DNA of 64,000 bases from the human T2T-CHM13v2.0 reference genome, Homo sapiens. Below the pieces are notes generated by a model. That model made no database searches and was not told the DNA's origin. It worked only from the letters and a program-made list of their open reading frames with translations. The stretch lies in the NCBI RefSeq assembly GCF_009914755.1, contig NC_060929.1. One strand, written 5' to 3'. The translations under genes were made by a program, and so were the position numbers. This document shows positions 53,428 to 64,000 of the stretch, piece by piece (position 1 is the stretch's first letter; every line of letters begins with the position of its first letter).

Positions 53428-53816
53428 TGTTAAATCAAGTTTAGCCTAAACCTGCCTCCTTACATATTTTAATTTCAGCATAAAGATTTCTCTGTGCATT
53501 GTGAACTATAAAAAGTGGAGGTGTAAACCGACTGTAGCCCACACTTGTGCCAGTCACCGAGTGTTGGCAATCAAATGTAGCCAACTGTTCGGACCATGTT
53601 CAAATAAGGCAAAGGCCAACCTGTAACCAATCCAGCTGTTTCCGTACCTCGCTACCATTTACTGTATGTCACTTTCCTTTTTCTGTCCATAAATCTTCTA
53701 CCACGTGGCTACAGTGGAGTCTCAGAGCCTACTCTGTCTCTGGAGGCTGCACAATTCACGAATCGTTCATTGCTCAATTAAACTCCTTTAAATTTAATTC
53801 AGCTGAAGTTTTTAAA
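53428..53816 (+). mobile_element. MER57 3' LTR
   Basis: tgttaaatcaagtttagcctaaa.. after the PPT; homologous to the 5' LTR. Confidence 0.9.
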
Positions 53817-55170
53817 GTACATATAAACTTTGTCTGGTAAGTTAAATTTATTTAAATATTATCAAGGGTTTTTCTTTAACTCTAATAATTCTTTTTTTTT
53901 TACCTTGAAGTCTATTTTGTAAACTATTAAAATAGCTACCTGTTTATTATTATAATTACTCTATTTCCATTCTCTTACTCTCAACATTTCTGTAGTGTAT
54001 ATCAAGCAAATGACATAAATGTATTTTGTTTTGGTTTGTGTTTAATCCCATCTGATATGTTTGTCTTATAACTCAAACATTTCATTCAGTAGCAATTATC
54101 ATAATAACTAATATGTTTGGGTTTTAATTTGCCACTTATTTTTTGCTTTCTATATATATTCAATCTGTTATCTTTTTTTGCTCTATTTTCTTCCCTTTTG
54201 GATTATTTTTATTATGATGATTTTTTGCTTGCTGGTTTATAAGTTATATATTCTATTTTCTTTCAGGGTTACTTTACAAGTAAAAATGTTCACATTTAAC
54301 TTATTAAAGTCTATTTAATTGACTTATTAATGTCAATTCTTTTACTTTCCTCCTGGAAAATACAATGGTCATAGACTCCTTTAACTCCATTGCCCCTCTA
54401 ACTTCTTTATATGCTAATAGCAATTTCTCTCTACATTTTAAACATCATGATATATATACAGGTATAATTTTATACCGTCTATATTACTTACATTTTCTTA
54501 CATGTTTACCATAGTGGCTTCTCTTTCTAATTTCAGAACAGCTATCTGGAATTATTTTCCTTTTGCTTGAAGTATATTTTTTAGATATTTTATAATTTTA
54601 TATAGTATGGATTATCTTATAGCGAACTCAGTTTGTCCAAAATGGATTTTTGGTTATTGTTAACCTTTGGAACTTTTTTGTTTGCTTTAATGGTTTTGTT
54701 TGTTTGTTTTTGCTGTGTATAACATTCTACTTTAGAAGTCACTTTTCTTAATTATATTGTAGATGACATTACACTATCTCCTGACTTCCACTGCAGCTGT
54801 AAAAATCAGCTTTCAATGTTACATTTTTTATGTTGAAGGTAACCTATTTTATTTCTCTGATTCTAAGATATTTTGTTGTATTGTTGGTTTTCAGCAGTTT
54901 TTCTGTTATATTTCTAGGTGTGGATTTGTTTTTATTTATCTTGCTTTGGATTTTTTGGCCTCTTTGAATTTGCATATTGATATCCTCCATCAATTTTGGA
55001 GGATCATCAGCCATTATCTTTTAAAATATTGCCTGTCATACCCTCTCTTCTACACTTCTTTGATTTCAATAAAATATATATATTCAACCTTTGCATTCTA
55101 TCTTCTATATCTTTTGCACTCCCTTTCTTATTTTTCATCTTTTTTCTCTCATTATTGCATTTTCGTTTGT
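53817..55170 (-). mobile_element. Old L1M (ME/MD) fragment
   Basis: ccttgaagtctattttgt..ttaaaatagctacc; tctaggtgtggatttgttttt..tcaattttggaggatcatcagccattatc. Confidence 0.65.
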
Positions 55171-55984
55171 TTCTTCTGACCCGTTTGTTGTTGTTCATTG
55201 TTGTTCTGCAGATATTTCTGAAGGTTACCTTAAATCTATTTTGGAACAAAGTGGGATAAAATACCTAGCTCTCCATATTTCCATGTTTCCCAATGACTTC
55301 CAGATTATTATATTTTTCTCTGAATTTCTATGATTGCTACTAGAAAAATAAAACAGAAAGGACAAAAAAGCAATAACATAAAATGCCAGTGTTAGCTTAC
55401 TCATAGGAATAAGGATGTGAAGAAAAGCAACACAGGTCAGAAATGACAAACAGGAAAGAACAACTTGAAACATGGCAATATTATCTTACTTCATAATATA
55501 AGTAGGGCAAGAAAGTTTAAAAAAAATCAGAAAGTACCAAGAAGGAGGAAACAACTGGAAACAGAGCAATTTTATCTAATTGTGCAATGATACAGATTTT
55601 ACTAAATGTTTTATAGTAATAGAGTTAGCACACTATATTAAAATGGGTGTCTTGCTTTCAAAATTGTACTCACAATTACATCTGTGATGGTTTATGTTAT
55701 GCATTCCCTCATCTCTTGCCAAACACATATTGTTTGAATCATTGACCATCTGCTGCTGCCTTGTAACCACAGAAGTAAATGGGCTATAGCTTACTAAATA
55801 CAGTACATAATGATATGAAACTACATTAAAACATGTAATAATGTTTTAGGAAAATGTGTTAAATTATTAGACTGGATACTGCACCCTAGTGATCAATGAC
55901 ATGCTTGAAGTATGTTTTCCTGAGCACTGAGGAGGAGGATATTTTTCCTCACCTTGACTTAAGCATTTTCCCCTCATATTGAAG

Positions 55985-56228
55985 CAAAATAGTATGGTAA
56001 TAAAATATTATAATTTGGGGGCTAACTGAAATAGGCAGATTCTTAAAATCTACTGTTGACTATCCATATTATTTCACCTTTTTAAGCCCTAGCTTCTTCA
56101 CTGGTAAAATGAAAATAATTTATGTACGTTATTGATTTTATTGTGTTGTCCAATTGAAAGAATACACGTAAAGCACTTAACAAGAATACTTGCCATGTAA
56201 GTGCCTCAATAATTGTAAGCTATTATTA
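55985..56228 (+). mobile_element. MIR
   Basis: cttcactggtaaaatg..cacgtaaagcacttaac..gtaagtgcctcaataattgtaagctattatt. Confidence 0.75.
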
Positions 56229-56537
56229 TGATGCCCTGCTGGGGCTGGCTTTTATGTAAGATATACCTGTGTAAGAGGAAAGAGAAAATGTTACTCAAGA
56301 CAAAGGAGACTAGGGAGCACAAGGACTCACAAGGTGACAAATGTAAAAAAGTCCATGCATGTACAGAAATGCCACGTGCCTAGTGTTAGAACAGGACCTA
56401 GAAACACCTCACACCACCACCTGAATCTTTTCCCCAACCCAGCAGTTTCCTTCGGGTATGCATAATACTTGAGTTTCTATACAAAACAGGAATAGAAAAG
56501 AGCAGGGTATAGTAGAGTTCTTAAAAAGGGCAAGTCG

Positions 56538-56837
56538 GGGCTGGGCGTGGTGGCTCACGCCTGCAATCCCAGCACTTTGGGAGGCCCAGGCGGGCGGATC
56601 ACGATGTCAGGAGCTTGAGACCATCCTGGCTAACACGGTGAAACCCCGTCTCTACTAAAAATACAAAAAATTAGCCAGGCGTGGTGGCGGGTGCCTATAG
56701 TCCCAGCTACTCCGGAGGCTGAGGCAGGAGAATGGCGTGAACCCAGGAGGCGGAGCTTGCAGTGATCCAAGATCACGCCACTGCACTCTAGCCTGGGGGA
56801 CAGAGCGAGACTCCGTCTCAAAAAAAAAAAAAAAAAA
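56538..56837 (+). mobile_element. AluY
   Basis: Full AluY (gagaatggcgtgaacc, ggagcttgcag); flanks aaaaagg(g)caagt. Confidence 0.95.
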
Positions 56838-57067
56838 GGCAAGTGGGTAAGATCACTTATGTTTAATATAAAACTATAAATGAGTTATTTCACTTTTTTT
56901 CTAAATCTGAAATCTACTATGAATTTTTTATTTAAAGCAGAAAGCATATCCCTAGACACACTTCAGGTGTTCACTAGTTAATGTGGCTAGTGGCTATGAG
57001 ATTGAAGAGGGACAGTCTAAACAATGTATAAGAATACAACAGTCTGAGAGAATACCTCAAGAAATAA

Positions 57068-57484
<417 letters not shown>

Positions 57485-57799
57485 TTAATGTTCCTACTAA
57501 ATAGTTATCCAGTATGAAGTCTTTGTGAGAAACTTTCTTTTCATTAACCTCAGATTATGCTTTTCTTCTGAATGGGCTATTTTTTGGAAAATTATCTATT
57601 TTTATTTTTGAACAAACATTCAAGAACTAATGGAATATAGTATCCATTACATCAAAAACTACATTCATCACACTCTAAACTTAAAATGGGTGCATCTCAT
57701 TACATGTAAATAATACCTTATATTTAAAAGTGCTTTGTTTAAATATAAATAAAAAATAGGAAGAATTGACACCTTTAAAATACTAATATACGGCTTTAA

Positions 57800-58152
57800 G
57801 AGCCTTTGTGTTTGCTGTTCCCTCTGCCTAGAACATGCTCCCTTACATCCCTGTGGTCTTCACTGAAATGTGGCCTTTATATAAAGCCTTCCTTGGCTAT
57901 GTAATCTAAAATGGCAAGTCTCCCACGTTGTACCATCTTTATTTTTTATTACTTATTATTTACATTTAACATATTATACATTTTACTATTTATCTTGCAT
58001 ATTGTCTGTTGTTCTTTGAGAATATAATCTCTGTAAGGGCAGAATTTTTTTGTGGGTGGGGTGGGGTGGGCTGGTTGGACCACTAGTTACAACTATAGAG
58101 CCTAGAACTGTGGCTGATACTCAATATATGCCTCTTAAATTTGTGAGTGAAT
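57800..58152 (+). mobile_element. L2 3' end
   Basis: tttgctgttccctctgcctagaa..gaatataatctctgtaagggcaga..gcctagaactgtggctga..gtgagtgaat. Confidence 0.75.
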
Positions 58153-58289
58153 TCGTATATTTATTCTATCATTCTATTGTAATAATGCACTCATTTAAGA
58201 AACCTTAATTTGTGTCTTTTTAAAGATTTGTATTAGGCTCTGAAGAGTGGGGGCTTGAACGCAAATGCCTCTGGTTTAGCAGTATACAA

Positions 58290-58487
58290 CTCACTGGCCG
58301 AATCCAGCCATCACCTGATCTTGCAAATTGTTTTACTGGAACAAAGCCACATTTGCACATTTACATATTGCTTTCACATTACAATAGTAGAGTTGAGTCA
58401 TTGTGACAGAGAACATATATCCCGCAAAGCTGAGAATATTCACTATTTGGTCCTTTGTAGGAAAAAGAAAAGGGTTGCCAACGCCTG
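58290..58487. mobile_element. MER58A (hAT-Charlie)
   Basis: gttttactggaacaaagccac..agagttgagtcattgtgacagaga..gcaaagctgagaatattcactatttggtccttt..ttgccaacgcctg. Confidence 0.85.
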
Positions 58488-58829
58488 ATTACCCTTGTCC
58501 TGAGGAAGACAGTTCACCTAAACCTTTAAAACCTTTCTGTTTGCAGATCAAATTTTAAAAATCCTTTATTATTGTGATAACATTCTTGGATTTACTACAG
58601 AACCAAGCTTTCAGTACATCCCCACAGAAGCCACATACTTTATGTACTATACTCTGAATGAGTACATAGTGAAACACTTCTTGTCTAAAACTACCCAGAA
58701 TCAAACTAAAAGTGAATGTTAAAAACAAGTTTTAATGATTCACAGGGTAACTATCCATCTAATTTATTTAATGGGCCATGATTCATTGCTGTAACAGTAC
58801 ATGTAGGTATAACATTCTGAGAGATTATT

Positions 58830-59250
58830 CTGATTAAAAAAATGGGCAAATGACCAGAATAGACATTTTTCCAAAGAAGACATATAAATGACCAACAGAC
58901 ACATGAAAAGATGTTCAACATCACTAATAATGGAAATGCAAACCAAAACCACAATGAGATATCACTTCACACCTGCTAGGATGGTTGTTATCTAAAAGAT
59001 TAAAGAAAGATAAATGTTGGCTAGGATGTGGAGAAACGGGTACCCTTGTACATTATCAGTGGGAATGTAAATTAGTACAACCATTATGAAAAATAATGTG
59101 GCTGTTTCTCCAAAAAATAAAGATAGAACTACCATACGATTGAGCAACCCCATTTCTGATTGTATATTCAAAGGAAATGAAGTCAATATCTTGAAGAGAT
59201 ATTCACACTCACAAGTTCATTGCAGCATTATTTACAATTAGCCATGATAA
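58830..59250 (+). mobile_element. L1MA/MB ORF2 3' fragment
   Basis: aaatgggcaaa..aatagacatttttccaaagaagacata..aaccacaatgagatatcacttcacacc. Confidence 0.85.
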
Positions 59251-60379
59251 GAAAATGATGTTTGCTAATTTTAATGTAAAAGGAAATACCCTGGCTTTCA
59301 TATTCAAACCTTCAAACTGTCAGCTGTTAAGAATATTTCTACAAGAGAATTTGAAGAGTAAATTGCTTTTGCAGGGTGATAAAGACATCACCTCATCAAA
59401 TACTTACCTTCATGATTTAGCAGCTCCTATTTTGGTATTATCTCTCTCTCTTTTTCCTGTGTGTGTGTGTTTTTTTCTTATGAAAAACGTAAAAATGAAT
59501 CAGTTGTTAGGCAACATGCTTAGATGAATGGTCATGGTTTACATTTAGTCAGCTGTCCATACCACTAAATGAGATAAATTATTATTCTGGAAATGGTGAT
59601 GGTAGTGAATCATTTTGTTAACTGGAGCTCTGATTAAACATTGATTCAAAACTTGAACATTTATGCACGCATATACAAAACCTTTTCACCTTTCCACTTG
59701 AGAAGATACTGTGTAAAAGGAACATTTGTGGTCATTTTCAAAGGAAAGCCATATTTCTAACAAGTGATAGGAGAAACATGCAAATTCACAGATGGTATGA
59801 ATCATTCAGTCTCTCTTTTTATAAACTAGTGTAAAGAATAAGCAAAGTCAGTCAAAAAAGTTACATAACTTTTTGTCTTTTTCTACTCATGAGCAACACT
59901 TACTTGAAATACTTTCAAGGATTCAGTTTTTGGAAGAGGTTTCAGATAGAAAGGGTACAGAATAAGAGAAATTTGATAGTTGTTTTGTGCCAAAATTGTT
60001 TAGCATTTTTTATTCCAGTAAAAAAAAGGACATAATATTACCAATAAAATTTTTTATGAAGTGCAACAAAAGGCAGATTAAGTAAGTTAGCATTCTAATT
60101 CTCATAAATTCTGTTCGATGTTTGTCCTTTTAATAACTGGAAAGTAAACATATTTTGCTAAATGCTATCTTATATCTATAAGACTTTAGAATTTTAATCA
60201 TTAGGTTGTAATTACCAATGAAAGAATAGTTTGTCAACTCAAGGAAAAAAACTGAACATCTCTTCATCTAAAATGTACCTTCCACAAAGGAAACCCTGCC
60301 TGAAATTTGACCGTCTGAAATTCATTCTATGCCATCTGATTTATTTTATAAAGTTAATAATGTTGTCCCTCAGTTTCTC

Positions 60380-61265
60380 CTTATCCAGAATCATCTATTT
60401 CAGTTAGTGAAATCACTTAGCCATCCAAGCTAGAAACCTCTGTGCATGTTAAAAAATAATTTCTCCTCTACGATATACTGTATTTCCAAACTCCATTGAA
60501 CATCCTTTTCTCCATCACAATTGCCATGACCACTCTAGGCCCCTTACAAATGCTCAGGTGTATTGCCATATCCCGTAACTGTTCTTGCTCTTTCCAGACT
60601 ATCCCTCTCCAATACTCCATACTGCTGTCAAATCATTCATTTACAGTAGACCTGAGCAGGATATCTTAACCTAAATGAAAATTGAAAAATAAAAAACAAA
60701 AACAAAAAATAAAACACATGGCTGCTGATGTGTTTACAGAATACTAGTAAAAACTCCTCACTGGTTGAAGATGGTATGAAAAGAATATTGGTTTTATATT
60801 GTTGTTCTAGTACTTAGTAGCTGTTTACTCTTAGAGAAAAAGAAATTATTTAAACTCTTTGAGACTTAATTTCTTCAAACGGGATAGTAATACATACCCA
60901 AGAAAGTTGCTGTGTTACTAAAATGAGACAATTCATTTGAGACCGTTTAGTGGAATAGCAAATCCAAAAATCAATTTTCTTTTCTCAATATAATTCCAAA
61001 TTACTTTTTATATTATATCTTGCAATACTCATCCTCTTGCAATCCAGGCTGTAACATTCCAGTTTTCCACAAACATACATACATCTTTGCTTTATTTCTT
61101 CTGCCTAGAACACCTCTCTTAGCCTTCTACATTCAGCCCACTTCTACTCATCCTTTGAGGCCCAGTTATCACTCCTGCAACAATTTCCCTAAGTTACTTG
61201 TACTCTCCAATCAGAAAAGATTCCTCTGGGCTGTCAACAGCATATTCTAGTGTTTTTACATGCTG
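60380..61265 (+). mobile_element. L2 fragments with an embedded MIR (~60770-60960)
   Basis: atccaagctagaaacct; ctccaatactccatactgctgtca; cttctgcctagaacacc; MIR-like acttagtagctgt..ttaaactctttgagac. Confidence 0.5.
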
Positions 61266-61268
61266 TTT

Positions 61269-61754
61269 GTCAAGACTGTGAAGGGCAGGGCATGAACTTT
61301 TTACTTACAAGCTAACAGGTTAACCTGTTACAGTTTAATAATGCTGGAAAACAAGAGATTCCTGAAATAGAGGCAATAGACTTTACTCTCAGCAGACAGC
61401 ATGAACTCTATGTTCATGTTGCTTCTCCTTGTTCCCAAAGTCCCATGGTGTTGCAGCAGAGGGGGTCCATCTAGATGCTGGACATGCAGTGGAATCTTTA
61501 GCTTAGGGAACCTAAATCTGTTGTAGTGGGTTGCAAGCAAACCTGCCAACCTTTGTCCTGAAGGGAAATATTATCTTGATTGTGCTGGACAATAAACAAT
61601 CTATATTTTGCTCTGCAAAGTAGGCTACATCTGTCTTCAATGTCATTCACTCTGCAATTTACTGTGAAACAATAAACTAGAACAAAAGGGCTATTAGTTC
61701 TGTATGCAAGTTGTGCAGAAACATGAGAGATCCATAAAGACTTGTATCCCAACA
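61269..61754 (-). mobile_element. LTR40-like ERVL LTR
   Basis: Minus start tgttgggatacaagtctttatggatctctcatgtttctgcac; gcttagggaacc; acaagctaacaggttaacctg. Confidence 0.75.
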
Positions 61755-62854
61755 CTTTCATGAGACCTTTCCCTTTGTGTTCCACATTGGGCAGGTGGAG
61801 GAATTTGTACATGAGCAGTGTCCTATACATATGCAGGATCCCAGTGACCACAAAACTGACATCCTCTGTACATTTCAAAACAGAAAATCTCCAAAGAGGA
61901 GCAAACTAAGGTAAAAATCCAAAGTAAGGTAAGGAAAGCCTAAGTGCTGGGATAGTTTCAAATTTACATCATTTTCTCTTTAACAATGGTGATTAAATCA
62001 TTCATAATTTAACTATACATTTTTGGACTTTTATAAGGCTTATAATGCAGATAAAATCACAAACCTGTAAAAAATTTATTTTTGGTTGGAAAAAGTACAG
62101 GTATCATAGATACCAAAAATTCAGGTATATTACTACTAGGAGTTGCCGCATCTTCATGGGTATCTATGGTGAGCCTAGTCCTTTATCTACATTATCTTTA
62201 TTCTTCATACCAACCATAGAGGAAATTTTCATATTTCAAATTTTTGGAATGAGTGCTTAGGTGGCTTACCTCAAGTGAAAAATCTAATGAGGGAAGGACA
62301 TTATGTCTTTTTTTTTTTTTTTTAACTCAGTCTATTTGGATGGTTCAAAATTCTATAAGTAAAACTTCCTCAAGAGAATTGTCTTTGGAGATTGCTTTTC
62401 CTCCATGATTACCAGCTAGGACTGTGAAACTAAGGGAAGTGGCGATAATTCTGAAAGTTGTCCCAGACTCAGGTCAGTGAGTGACTACATGAACAGTGCT
62501 AGGCAGGAGCTGCCAAATGTAGTGATAGAAGAGTTCCTAAGTCTCTCTTCACCTACCTTTCCATTTTGACCAGAGTTCATTCTAATGATGGATGTACTGG
62601 AGCAGTATTCTCCTTTCACTTCTAAGGAAGGTCAGAGCAATCATTCTTTGGCAGAAAAGACAGGGCTGCTCAGAAATGCAGACCGATTTTATAAGGATTC
62701 CTATTAGCATTTCTATTTCTCAGATTAGCATTGTCCATAAAGCCTCAGAAGGTTTTATTTAGTCATCCATTCATTTATCTTTCTATCTAGCCAACAAATA
62801 CTTGTTAGCCATTGAACTGCTAAATGACTCTAGAGAATGAAGAGGTAAATCCAT

Positions 62855-63010
62855 GTAATGAAAGGAATGTCAACTTTGAAATCAGACAGACTTTAGTTGG
62901 ATTCTTGTCTCTGCTACTTACGAGATTATCTAACATCTCTGAGCTTCGGTTTCATAGGCAAAGTAAACATAGTAATACCTATCCCTAAAAATGTATAAAA
63001 CTAAAGAAAA
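62855..63010 (+). mobile_element. MIR fragment
   Basis: ctttgaaatcagacagac..ctctgctacttac..taacatctctgagcttcggtttc..taatacctatc. Confidence 0.7.
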
Positions 63011-63167
63011 GTAAAACTATCAGCCTCAACATATGTATGTGGCGGCAGCAAGTATGTAAGTTGCCTAACAGAGGTCTGAAACCAAAATAGTGTTCCCTTC
63101 CTTTCTCACTCAGGCATTACAAGGCGTTAATGTACAATATGCTACTTGTGGAGGACCAACGTAGTTA

Positions 63168-64000
<833 letters not shown>

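Overview
Primate (human-like: AluY/AluYa-type, LTR12C, L1PA) AT-rich intergenic or intronic DNA that is mostly interspersed repeats. No intact protein-coding gene, RNA gene or CRISPR array is supported, and nearly all listed ORFs are Alu, L1 or simple-repeat artefacts. Main structures: (1) a ~1.4-kb GC-rich island (30485-31926, minus strand) that appears to be an unspliced copy of the ZDHHC8 penultimate-exon end plus the following intron. It ends in an A-rich tail and lies between gag-like and RNaseH/integrase-like parts of an old ERV-L. (2) A ~15.5-kb MER57-type ERV1 provirus (38265-53816) with both LTRs, a GTAC target-site duplication (TSD), primer-binding site (PBS), env remnant and a duplicated stem-loop/polypurine-tract (PPT) module. 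It hosts three Alus, a near-full-length L1PA and a solo LTR12C. (3) Several L1 mechanistic signatures: a short 3' transduction, a 20-bp inverted 5' junction, a likely twin-primed inversion, and two L1PA copies sharing the same frameshift. Repeat subfamily names come from recalled consensus sequences, not from a database run.
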